DNA from: Octopus vulgaris
Taxonomy: Eukaryota
Length of the DNA stretch: 64,000 nt
Assembly: GCA_951406725.2 (NCBI GenBank)
Contig: OX597815.1
Location: forward strand, 154,938,001-155,002,000
Reading direction: 5' to 3'
Made by a program: the position numbers and the translations under genes. Positions 26,550 to 39,300 of this stretch are shown in pieces. A model generated the notes under the pieces. The model did not search any database. It had not been told where the DNA came from and saw nothing but the letters and a program-made list of their open reading frames with translations. Numbering within the stretch: position 1 is the first letter of the stretch; each line of letters opens with the position of its first letter.

Positions 26550-26958
26550 TTTTTCTCTTTTACTTGTTTCAGTCATTTGACTGCGACTATGCTGGAGCAC
26601 CACCTTTAGTCGAGCAAATCGACCCCAGGACTTATTCCTTGTAAGCCTAGTACTTATTCTATCGGTCTCTTTTGCCGAACCGTTAGGCTAAGGGGACATG
26701 AACACACTAGCATCGGTTGTCAGCGATGTTGGGGGGACAAAAACAGACACACAAACATATAGACACACAAACATATATATAGAGAGAGACATATACGACG
26801 GGATTCTTTCAGTTTCCGTCTACCAAATTCATTCACAAGGCATTGGTCGGCCCGCGGCTATAGTAGAAGATACTTGCCCAAGGTGCCACGCAGTGGGACT
26901 GAACGCAGAACCATGTGGGTGGTAAGCAAGCTACTTACCACACAGCCACTTCTGCGCC
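26550..26958 (-). mobile_element. Full-length OK-like SINE
   Basis: Reverse complement of the 24423/25675 sequence; head end repeated ~3x to 27020. Confidence 0.85.
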
Positions 26959-28384
26959 TACACCTACCGCACAGCCACTCCTACGCCTACACCTACCACA
27001 CAACCACTCCTTCGCCTACCCTCAGGTATGCTCACGGTTGAAACAACTTTCACCATTGATCTCCTCAGTCAAAGACGACCCGAAGCTAAACGAACAACAC
27101 CAATATTACACAAACGTGTAGGTGAGTTATGAAACTGATTGCATCAATCAGAATCAATATTTGGTATTTATGCAATTCATTCGAAAGAGTCCTACTCCTA
27201 ATTTAATGTTTAATAACATTACGCGAAAATATCTGCTGTCAAAAAATATTTGTGTATTTCAATTATTCCTAATGTGGCAAACATTGATTGCATGCTAGTA
27301 ACTGGCTTAATATCACTGTATAACGACTTTACATAATCCACAACGTTTTCAATAAGTAGGAGATCCACAACACGATTCTCTTCTGAGCTATTATCGTCAA
27401 GAATACACGCATATACACTGATGAACAAAACGCACACCTTTTAGTCTTACGTTCTCACACTCAAACAAATATCCAGATACACAAACGCAAAATCAAATAT
27501 ATATTTATGCGTATGTGTGTGTGTATGGACTTGTGTATGAATATGTATGCTTTTTACGCTTATCTCCTTTTCACAGAACTGGTATCTTTCCTCACTAGCT
27601 TAGTTTTAATCTTTCTTTCATGTAAAAACGTTTCACACTCGCACACTTGCATGCATAGCCACCTCATCCTTCACATTCCTCATGCGTTCCCACTTGCTTC
27701 TTGTAATTCTTCACCATCGTCTTAACATTCCATCTAACTTCTCAAGATGTTTTTTACGAGTGATTTGTAAGTTTTGAAAGATTTTTCTTTGACTTTTCCT
27801 CTCACATACAACTCTTACCTTCTCTCTTTTTTTTTATTCATTTTTGCTTCTTTTAGTTCAAACTCGCCTTCGTCTTTAAAACTTCTCTCTCTCTACGCTT
27901 GCAGACACATATCAGTCACACATCACATGCACCACAGCTTCCTTGCCTTTCCTGTTTCCTCAAACTCGTGCTATTTCCCACCTCTTCACACTTACACTTT
28001 CTTCACACATGCTGAAGAATTACAGAAGCGTAATATCTCACATCTGACATATATACGGTACTATAACTTCTACACTTGCACACTTCTTCACAGGTACAAG
28101 CACCCTAAAATTAACACATATAACCGCACATATACGCGCTTTCAGACATGTGCTCACTTGTACATGCATACTCGCACATTCCTCACTTACACATTCGTAT
28201 ATATGCACCAAACCCTGCCACCAGGCATTGACAAATATGCATTGCAGAGCTTGCAATAAATTTATTTCGTTGTAATGAATTTATTGCATTCTATTTTTTT
28301 GCAATAAATTAATTGCATTTTTCTTTCTTCGCAATAAATAATTGCAATTAATTGCAATAAATTGCAATGCTCTCCAGAAAAGCC

Positions 28385-31260
28385 CCTTGTAAAACGGTTT
28401 GTCCCCGTTAACAAAGGTGGCCGGATCTACCTCACTCCTACAGGAATCGCTCTCACATCATCTAACCACCGCACTCGGTTTTGGGCGTCCTCTCTCCTCA
28501 CGCCAACCCCCAATCTCCTCCTCCACCTGTTCCCTCCACGTTTTCCTTGTTCGTCCTCGCTTTCGTGGTTCATTCACTCTAAAATCAAGCACTCTCCTCA
28601 AAACATGATCCTCATCCTTCCTCAACACATGTCCATACCACTGTACTCAATTCGCCCTTACAAGATGTTCCACCGATTCCTTCAACCCCAGCATCCCCAT
28701 CAAGTCCTCAGATCTTTTTATCCAATAGTTTCACACCACATATTGCTCTCACTATTGCTTTCTCAGTCCTTCTCAAAACTGCTATTTCACTTTCCTTCAG
28801 ACACCACGTCTCACTCTTATACAGCATTGCAGATCTCCCGCAACTCCGATAAAACCTTCCTTTCATCTTCAAGGAGAACTTTTTCCCACATAATAACGCT
28901 TCGCATTCCCTGAACTTCACCCAGCCAAGTCTCGCTCTTGCTGTCATAGCTGCTTCATATCCACCACTCACATGCACCCTATCTCCCAAATAACAAAACC
29001 CTGCCACCGTTTCCACCTCGTCACATAGCGTTTCCACTGGTTCCGTTAGCCCTCCAGCTCCTTTCTTACATTTTCCACAAATAAAATATCTTTCCAGTCT
29101 TGGAGTCACCTTATTCATTTTCGTACACCTACCATGAATCCATTTTCCAAATTTCGTACACAACATGGCTTTTTGCCGCTACCCTCCTTCCACACACACC
29201 ACATGGATCTACCTTACTAACAGTTCCCCTTCCACCCCGCTCACCATCACTTTTGTCTTTCCGAGGCTTACCTTCAAACCCTTGCTTTCAAACGCCTCCT
29301 TCCATTTCCGAAACTTCTCCCCCAATCCCTCCTTCCTCTCACTCATCAGAACAAGGTCATTCCCATACAGTAACGCCATTATCAATCCCTCTCTTGCACT
29401 CTCCGTCACCACATCAACCACTATTGCAAAAAAATAACGGTGACAACTTCCACTGCAAAACTCCTCTGACAACTCTGATCTGGCTTTACCCCTTCATACA
29501 AACTCATCACTGCCTTCACTATTACCTCCAGTACACCTCTCTTCCTCAATGCCCACTCAATCGCCTTCCTTGGAACCCTATCAAATGCCTTCTTCAGATC
29601 ACCGAAGCACGTGTACAACTCCTCTTTATCTCGGTATACTTCTTGCAATCTCCTTACAATGAACACTGCATCTATTATCCCCTTTACTGGCATAAAACCA
29701 AATTGCCTCACGTCTACATCCACTTTCTTCTGATTTCTCCTCTCCAACACTCTTTTCACAATCCTCATTGCATGTTCCAAAATCTCACTCCCCTATACGC
29801 CCCACAACTCATCGCATCTCCCTTACCCTTGATGATCGGTACCACCATACTTAGTACCCAATCATCTGACATTCCTCTTCCATTCATCACACCCAGGTAG
29901 AGCTCCATTAACACAGGAATCCCTATCTCTCCACTTGCAATTATCATTTCCACACTTACTTCTGATGGACCAGCTGCCTTTTCTGTCTTCATTTCCATCA
30001 TTGCCTCGGCTACTTCTTCCTGACCAACCCTCTCCACAGGCCCCTTCACCACAGCACCTTCTACGCTCTGACCCCATTGATTTTCCTCATTCATAATTCC
30101 TTCCATATGCTCTTTCCAAACTTTCCCCTGTCCTCCTCACTAAAATTCAACCTACCATCACTCTCCCTCATACATCTTCCTCCTTCAAAATCTCTTCCAT
30201 CTTCTTTCATTGGGTTCATCAACCTAAACACTCTATCTGAGTTTTCATCCAATCCACTCAACTTCTCCTCAGCTTGCTTCCTCATAGTTATTATACCTTG
30301 CTTTCATTTGCTCAGTCCTATTATTACATAAAGCTTTGTGCTCCTCCTTCTTCCTCGCTATCGCATTCCTCACCTTCTCATTCCACCGCCACGTATCTCC
30401 TCGATCTCTCCTACCTCTTGTCTTTCCACACACTTCCACATGGCTTTAGTAGCTCTTCCTTAAAAGACTTCCGCAAATTCTCTCTTCACACTTTGCTCTT
30501 ATTTCCTGTTCCTTTCAGTTTCCACACCTTTCTCCTCTCAACCGTCCTCTTTCTCACACACTTTTTGACTTTCTTCTTATCAAAGTCAGCAACCATCAAC
30601 CTGTGCTGCAACTCTCCTCGTATTGTCTTCACAATTCTCAGACACTTTCTGTTGTCTATGCCAACCAACACGAAATCAATCAATCTCATTCCCTCCTGCA
30701 CTGAAAATCACCTTCCTTTTCTCTGTTCTCCTAAACCACGTATTCGCAACACGCAACACCTCATCGTAAAACTTCAACAGTATCCTCCCATCTATATTTC
30801 CTTTCATCAAAAAACCGTTCTTTCTCAGCGATCCCTCTTCGACTTTACGGACCATACCCACAAATCACCCTCATTACTCCTTCCTCAAATTCTAATAATA
30901 CTGTCATCGCTCTGTCACTTTTTCTCTCCACCACCTTCTCACAGATTTCTTCCTTCACCGAAACTCCCACTCCTCCAGTCCCCACCATTTTCCGACTACC
31001 ACAACTCGTACCTTCTTCGCTTGACCCCCCACAAATCTTGCACCTTGACCCTCCACCTAGCCTCCTGCACACAGCACACCTCCTCCTCCTCCTCCTCCTC
31101 CTCCTCCTTCTCCTCCTCAATTCCTCATATACTTCAGTTCCCCTTCAACGTAGACTGCCCACATTCCAACTTTCCAACATCACCCCAAGCTTCTCCTCAG
31201 TCTCGCGGCCATCATAAGGCAAGTTATGCTTGCGAGACCCAGGATAATGGTCTGCACCTT
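28385..31260 (-). mobile_element. RTE-clade LINE (APE + RT), decayed near-full-length
   Basis: GGVGVSVKEE..VICGYGP (APE); QFGFMP..DAVFIVRRLQE..FGDLKKAFDRVPR; LLYGNDLVL (YADD site); Cys/His insert C..WIHGRC..FICGKC; FCYLGD; frameshifts. Confidence 0.9.
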
Positions 31261-31549
31261 CCTTTTTCAGATAGGCTCCTGCAGCCCACTCCAACTTTTA
31301 GTCTGGCTGGTGCCTATGCTTCTTTGCTGTTTCCGTTTTCTTTTTTCTTTAAGTTAGATTTAATTTTGACCGACATCCTTCGCGGTGGGGCACTTCGGTT
31401 CAATCTAGTAGCTGTCAATGCATAGCAAGCTAAGGCTTACATGTGTTTGAGCGCATATATGAATAGATGTATTTGTCTGTCTCTCCCTTTATCTATCATC
31501 TATCTATCTATCTATCTATCAATTTATCTACGTAACTGTCTGTCTCTCA

Positions 31550-31581
<32 letters not shown>

Positions 31582-32098
31582 CTGTGTGTGTATACACACG
31601 CACAAACACACACACAGACACACACACACATATATTTAGTAAAATTTCTTTGTGTATTGTATAGATAGTATTTTGAAGTGCCCAGATAAAAGCCCGAGGC
31701 GCAAGATGTAAGAAAAATTAAGGAGAATTCAAATACATTCAACAATTTATATAAACATATCCTCTGCCATTGATCAATGTATTTCAGTTAAATATACAAA
31801 TGCATCAGTCATTAAAATATAAAAACATTAAATCTATGAATGCATAAATATATAAAAATTTAATATACATATATAAATAGATGAATAGGATTAGGTTATA
31901 AAAGTGTATATGTATAAAGGCATATACAGATAAAGTAGTTGTATGCTGTCAACTTAATGTGACAGTCCCGTGAAGGGAATCATACTACTGCTATTTAGCC
32001 CTAGGAAGCAGCAACGCTTCCTGTCGGCCTTGACACATTTCCTGTGTCCTTATATTTGCAAGGGGTAGATAAGCCCCTCCACCCAGCTAAGCCTGCAA

Positions 32099-32139
32099 CC
32101 AGAGACTAGTTTCTAAGTCTTTGCTCGTCATCAGTCTGG
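32099..32139 (-). ncRNA. Minimal hammerhead ribozyme motif
   Basis: CCAGA-CTGATGA-cgag caaaga ctta-GAAA-CTAG-TC-TCTGG; stem II partly mismatched. Confidence 0.7.
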
Positions 32140-32354
32140 AGTAGGCATCACCGATATATACAGAGATATTTAGAATTACAGTCGTATTAGAAAGTGTTGT
32201 AAAAATTAAGAATAAATATGCCCTTACGAAAAGGTGAATAAAATAATGTCTTACAAAAAGAGCGAATAAAGAAAAATTGTAGAGTTGAGTTTGGATTTTT
32301 CAAATAATCCAAGAGAATTAGTAACCCAGTTTAGATAAACTGTCGGTGGTTATC

Positions 32355-32444
32355 CTCTTGCGGCCGATTCAGGGGCACAGTAATCCATATATTTTAAGGG
32401 CATTTTTACTCCAAAAATTGGATACTGACTCCTTCATCAGAGAG
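32355..32444 (-). ncRNA. Decayed hammerhead-like motif with long stem II
   Basis: CTCT-CTGATGA-AGG..CCT-GAAT-CGGCCG-CA-AGAG; two core substitutions. Confidence 0.5.
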
Positions 32445-32808
32445 TACATTATTCAGAATTCACATTTCGTACAATGTTGTACTGGGTTGATGAGATTTAG
32501 TTATATAGGGAGGTGCACTTGCTAACGGGATGAGCAAATGTTATAGCAGCAATTATGGGAAATACAATTTAGAAAATGCTGTTAATATTAAGCAGGTAAT
32601 AATTGATCATTATGAAGTTACAGGATCTAGGAGTATACATATATTATAAATTTTATGTAATCATAGATTTTAATATGCTTTAATATTTTAATGACTGATG
32701 CATTTGTATGTTTAAAAACTGAAATATATCGATCCATGGCAGAATTCTCCTTGACATTTCTCATATATATATATTTATGTGAGTGTCTGTGTCTGTGTCT
32801 GTGTGTGT

Positions 32809-32845
<37 letters not shown>

Positions 32846-32846
32846 T

Positions 32847-32908
<62 letters not shown>

Positions 32909-33260
32909 TGCTTTTTTTAGGCACAGGAGGGCGGCCACACTTAGAAAACAACGTCATTGATAGGTTAAGTCAACAAGCGTACCTCAGTACTTATATCAAG
33001 TCTGGGACTTATCCTATCGCTCCCTTCACCGAAGCGCTAGGTTACAGGAACAACCTATTGATGGGTGGACGGGAAAAACACAAGCACATATATATATAAA
33101 CATACACAGGCACACAAAGAATAATATTTCTGTTCAGCTACCTACTTCACCTAAGATAATTCCGGAGGGAAATCCGAGAAGTGAGTGTGAAAAAAAACTA
33201 ATCACATTAAAGTTAGTGCCCTAGCGTGGCCGGAATCCTTGCCAGAAACCTGCAAGTGCA

Positions 33261-33263
<3 letters not shown>

Positions 33264-33293
<30 letters not shown>

Positions 33294-33420
33294 TGTATGT
33301 ATGTATGTATGTATGTATGTATGTATGTATGTATGTATGTATGTATGTATGTATGCATGCATGCATGCATGTATGTCTATGTATGTATTTATGTATATAT
33401 GTAAGTATGTATGTTTGTAC
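33264..33420. repeat. (ATGT)n microsatellite
   Basis: Direct reading. Confidence 0.9.
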
Positions 33421-33646
33421 ATATCTTTGTATGCATGTATGTGCTTCCGTGTAAGGGAATTAGTAACTTTCTCTTTTAATTTTTTCCTTTACATTTCCCC
33501 TCCTCTTACGCTTCTTCCATAAATTAAACACATCATTAAATATATTCCCATTGGCTGTTATATTTTTTGATAACATAATGGGTTAGGAAGGATGAGCTCT
33601 GTATTACAATAACCTATATGTAGTACTTGTATAGCAATATTAGCAT

Positions 33647-33724
33647 CAGTTTATCTCAGTCTTTCTCGTGAAACCCCTAGAATCCTTTTACAGAACCCTA
33701 GGGTTCCATGGTTGAGAAACGCTA
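33647..33724. mobile_element. Possible short hAT-type MITE remnant
   Basis: CAGTTTATCTCA...TTGAGAAACGCTA imperfect terminal inverted ends with internal GAACCCTAGGGTTC palindrome. Confidence 0.35.
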
Positions 33725-33909
33725 GTTTAGAAAGAAAAAAAAGTAATTACTATTTAATTTCAGAAATTCATAGGGTCTATGTTTAACTCGTTCTATAGCT
33801 ATCTGGAGGAAGCTATTCAAATCTATTCAGGTATATCTGACTGCTGTAAATCAAAGTAGACTTGTGTGAAACTATAGTTTTGTAACCTCTTCTATTCGTA
33901 TGTTTATAC

Positions 33910-33946
<37 letters not shown>

Positions 33947-33947
<1 letters not shown>

Positions 33948-34425
33948 TGTTATATTTCGGAATGGTCATATTGCCAGTTTAGCCAATAAAAACACATGCA
34001 CTATATATTTGGTGTTATTTTGCTTCAGTGATATTTATTTTTTACATTAATCTTAATCTTATTTCGGCCAAAGTTCTTTCGTCACACTCCTGTGACCGCA
34101 TCAATGGTCCTTTGTTTTCTTCTCACTTACTTGTGTCTCTCCTTACTAACCGTCAGCCATTTTGTATTTCTATTGTATGTCTTCATTTGCGCATGCTTAT
34201 ATCACTATGTGCGTCTATGTTTATTTAGTGTGTGTGGGGGGGATGCCTGTAATATTTGTATCTTCTGGTTATATACATTCTTGTAATTTGTATTTTGTTT
34301 TTGTTGTTGTTGCTTTTGTTCTAACTTTGTTCATGTGTTTACATCCACCCATTATTATCATTACATATGCTTGTATGTATGTATAACAACAATATTAGTA
34401 ATAATAATAATAAATCTAATCGAAA

Positions 34426-34456
<31 letters not shown>

Positions 34457-34526
34457 CATATATATACATACACATACATATACATATATATACATATATA
34501 TACATACATATATGTGTATATATGTG

Positions 34527-34565
<39 letters not shown>

Positions 34566-35105
34566 TTTTTCGATTAGATTTATTATTATTATTACTAATA
34601 TTGTTGTTATACATACATACAAGCATATGTAATGATAATAATGGGTGGATGTAAACACATGAACAAAGTTAGAACAAAAGCAACAACAACAAAAACAAAA
34701 TACAAATTACAAGAATGTATATAACCAGAAGATACAAATATTACAGGCATCCCCCCCACACACACACTAAATAAACATAGACGCACATAGTGATATAAGC
34801 ATGCGCAAATGAAGACATACAATAGAAATACAAAATGGCTGACGGTTAGTAAGGAGAGACACAAGTAAGTGAGAAGAAAGCAAAGGACCACTGATGCGGT
34901 CACAGGAGTGTGACGAAAGAACTTTGGCCGAAATAAGATTAAGATTAATGTAAAAAATAAATATCACTGAAGCAAAATAACACCAAATATATAGTGCGTG
35001 TGTTTTTATTGGGTAAACTGGCAATATGACCATTCCGAAATATAACAATATCTGTTTCAACACACGACTTCACATACAAAATCTTGCACAACAAATATTT
35101 AAACG
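33947..35105 (+). mobile_element. Fold-back PLE 3' end: ~490-bp arms around a TA/CA microsatellite loop + tail
   Basis: 33947-34432 vs 34557-35048 near-perfect inverted; tail 35050-35105; HHR-like 34888-34927 (CTGATGC core); (TA)n flanks. Confidence 0.88.
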
Positions 35106-35204
<99 letters not shown>

Positions 35205-35282
35205 TTATGTGTATGTATATGTATATATATATATATATGTATATATATGTGTATATATATATATACACATATATACACACAC

Positions 35283-35350
<68 letters not shown>

Positions 35351-35351
<1 letters not shown>

Positions 35352-35750
35352 AATGGAATTAATCGCAGGTGTTATTCAAATTCTTTTACTTCCGACACAT
35401 ATTTCGAAGATATCACTGGTATTATTCTAAAGGAAAAAAATTGCGTAAAAGAATGTAATCTTCTCTTGAGGGAAGTGTAGATATGAAACTCGTCAATAAG
35501 ACATCTTAGATATAATACCAGTTATATCTTCGAAACACATGTCAGAAATAAAAGAATTTGAATAACATTTGCATTTAACTCCATTTATTTATTTATATAT
35601 ATTATACAAAATATTTCACGTAAACCCGAAGTTTCTATCTTTAAAAACAAGGAGTTACAACCGTTTTACTAGTGTGATCTTTTGCTACCCTGGTAACTAT
35701 TTATATATTTTTTTCGTGTTAATTGTTAACAAGGTTAAGATAAACGCATC
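35351..35750 (+). mobile_element. Mini fold-back PLE end, family of 1121/24818 elements
   Basis: 35351-35425 inverted vs 35513-35587; tail 35588-35750 matches reverse complement of 24818-24965; decayed HHR 35390-35475(-). Confidence 0.8.
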
Positions 35751-35769
35751 TATATATATATATATCCTT

Positions 35770-35970
35770 TTACCCTTTTACTTGTTTCAGCCATCTTACC
35801 GAAGCAATGCGGGAACATCACCTTCAGTAGAATGAATCGATCCTAGGACTTATTCTTTGTAAGCCTAGTACTTATTCTACCGGTTTCTATTGCGGAACCG
35901 CAAAATTAGGTGACGTAAACACACCAACTTCGGTTGTCATGCGATGATGGTAGGACAAAAACAGAACACG

Positions 35971-36016
<46 letters not shown>

Positions 36017-36232
36017 CGTGTGTGTGTGTGTGTTTGTGTGTGTTTGTGTGTGTGTACGACGGGCTTCTTTTAGTCCGTCGTACACACACACACACACACA
36101 CGTCTACTAAAACCACTCACAATGCTTTGGTGAGCCCAACGCTATAGTAGAAGACACTTACCCAAGGTGCCCCGCAGTGGGACTGAACACGGAAGCATGT
36201 AGTTGGGAAGCAAGCTTCTTTCCACGCAGCCA
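35770..36232 (-). mobile_element. OK-like SINE
   Basis: Reverse complement of the SINE body and head; internal short inverted 'tgtacgacggg..ccgtcgtaca'. Confidence 0.75.
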
Positions 36233-36335
36233 TACATTTATATGTATTATACACATATATATGTATATATATTTTACCCATATACATATATATGTGTGTA
36301 TATATATATGTATATATATATATATATATACACAC

Positions 36336-36395
<60 letters not shown>

Positions 36396-39300
36396 GCGTT
36401 CTTTACATAGATATGTGTCTGTATGTGGGTGGTGTGGCGTGGTGCATATGTGTGTGTATTTGTGTGTGTGCTGATGTCTGTCAACCTATTTCTGTACATA
36501 TGCGTATGCCTACTTTAAGTGTATCATTCCATATAAGGTTGCTAGCAGATTAATTATAAATTTTAAGCTGACATCGTCTGCTGTTTACATAGAAACGCCA
36601 TCCTGTATTACAGGAGTCAATTGCAAAAGTTTAGAAATGTGTGCTGTCTGTCAATCTACTCCTAGAAACCTAGAAATCTGACTTTCCTATTGTGAAAAAT
36701 CAATGGAATTTTGCCTGTCATTTTATTCTTGGTTGCAGAAAACAATAAAAACATATCAATGAAATTACCTATCCGGTTCCTAATGTGGAAGTATATGGTG
36801 GTTTTTGAAATGGATTGGTTAGAAAATCATTTGTGTTTTGATTCTCAATTTTGGGTTGTTGTTTTTTAATTGATTGTTTGTCAAATGAAAATAGCAAAGC
36901 AGTTAGATGCATTCATTAACTTTGTTATTGGTCGACTGAGGTCATTTATATTCATGTTCTGATGCTCTCTTCAAAATAACGGGCACCACTAATTTCATTT
37001 TAGACGTATTTTAAAGTTTACTATTTAACAATCACCTGACAGAGAAAAAGAAGATAAAACAACTTTCAATCTATCAATCTATCACATGTATCATAACTAT
37101 ATACATTGGTTTCAAGCCTGATCAATAAAACCACTTTCACTGCAATTACCTTCAGTAATTAATCACTGCCTTGGCAACAGCCTGTCATAGAGTAAATTAG
37201 CTGTTAGTTATTCATGAATTAACATTAGTTTTAAGCTTGCTGTCTAATGCCGTTCCGAGTTAGATTTATTTATTGGACGCCACTCGACCTAGAAATGGTT
37301 ATTTAGAATGTTCATTGTATCTCGGCACTATCCATTGATTAAGACTGAACCGGCGAGTCACATTAATTTCCAAGTAATTATCTAATTAAACTCGAAACCT
37401 AAAAGTTAATTGATGTTAAAACTAATATGTTTATATTTTTTAATCTACACAGGAAGGGCTGTGTCCATAAGTGTGAATTGCTTTCCTTGTGGAACTGGTG
37501 TTCTTTAAGTGAGATTAATTCAGTTCATATTAATTTCGAATTACGGAAGTTCAATGACTTAAGAACAATTTGAGTAGAGAACGCAATTCAGAAGAATCTA
37601 TATCTGAAGTGCAGTATCTTGACAAATTGCTTAGTGCGGCATCTAGATGGCGCCATACAATTAGCATGATAGGTATCGGGAAAATCTGGTAGGATGATTT
37701 ATTTATCCCTAGGTTTATTCAAAACATCAACAATGAAATGTGTTATAATCGTGGCCTTCTTGATTATGCTATTATGTTTTGATGAGTAAGGATGACGCGC
37801 TAACTACCAAAACCCTTATTATCCTATGTGTATTTCTTTTTCCTGACGCAAAAAATATATTTCGAGAAATATTTATCCGCAATTTTAAAGTGCGGAGGCA
37901 TTCTGTTCGGTTTGTGAAATGATTCACGTGTTGCAAGACGCTATTAAACAATAGATGAGATAACGGATTGCCTTTTAGTACTTCTAATCGCTAAGTATTC
38001 GGACAAAATTGTGAGCAAGTAAATACTAAAGTCATTCGGACTTGAAATTAAATGCATATTTTTGTATTAATGGCTCACCCTCCACAAAAAGACTACCATA
38101 TTTTCAAGTAACTACCGGGGCCTGTGAATATTTCACGGAATTAATTCCTGTTAATTTTATCCAAAATACCTGAAAGAATAGCCTGTGTTGTGTCAGTACC
38201 AACAGAAAGTAGCTCATATGCTATTCATTGAAAAGTGTAGGAAATTGGAATACGATGATTACATAATACTCTTCATATTCTTTTTCTCTACTTACATGAA
38301 AGCGTTACCGACGGGCTAAGTAATGCAATGACAATACTTATTATAAGAAGTTTAACATAAGCATAAAACTAAGCATATTAGGGTGAAAATTGTTAAATCA
38401 TCTGGAAAGTGGAGATCTCATCTCAAAAACAAAGCTACACCAGAAGTCTTAATGCTGTCGCTCGATCCACGGTAAATAGTAGCCATGTCTCTTTCAAAAT
38501 GCCCCTAACCGTGTTAAATACATTAATATACACTGACGGGAAATCGATAGCGCACGACTACTATAGCCTGTGTCTTTACAATTTTTAAGTGTAGGCTACA
38601 CACACAAACACATGCGCACACACGTATTATACATATGTACATATGTAAATGGGAAAGGTATATATTAATGAAATGACGACATAGAGGACAGGAGGAAAGG
38701 AACAAGGAGATGAAGAAAGAGAAGAATAAAGGAGCATAAGAGTTCACATTTCAACTTAGCCCTAGACAAACGCACACAAATATTGGAAATCCAAACCCTC
38801 CTACTATGGTTAGACAATCTCGCCCACCTAGAATCTACACGCATAACACTCGATCTAGGAACTACCGTAATACTACTACTACCCTAGCCACCTAATACTA
38901 CCCTAGCCACTACCAGCACTACCTCATCTCTCTCTCTCTCTCTCTCCAATTAACTATTGTAGAAGTGATAGCTACAAATGCAGATCTGGTACAGACTGCC
39001 CGCTGCAAGCCCAATGCAGAATATTTAACGTCATATACCAATGTACTGTTTACAACGTAGTAAATAACTCCTATAAATACTACATTGGATCTACCACAAA
39101 ATTTAAACAAAGATATTACGCACACACTCATATATGTGTGTTTGTGCGTGTGGGAATGTATATGTATACACACACACACTCACGCACACATATAAATATA
39201 CATATATGCGCGCCTGGCTATGTGTGCATTTACGTCTCCTAGTCTTGACATCGTGTGATACTAGTAAACGAATGTCATCGTAATAGAATCGGTGTCATTT

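Noticed and set aside
29100-31425. Long + strand ORFs (266 and 383 aa)
   Set aside because: Antisense shadows of the purine-rich RTE LINE
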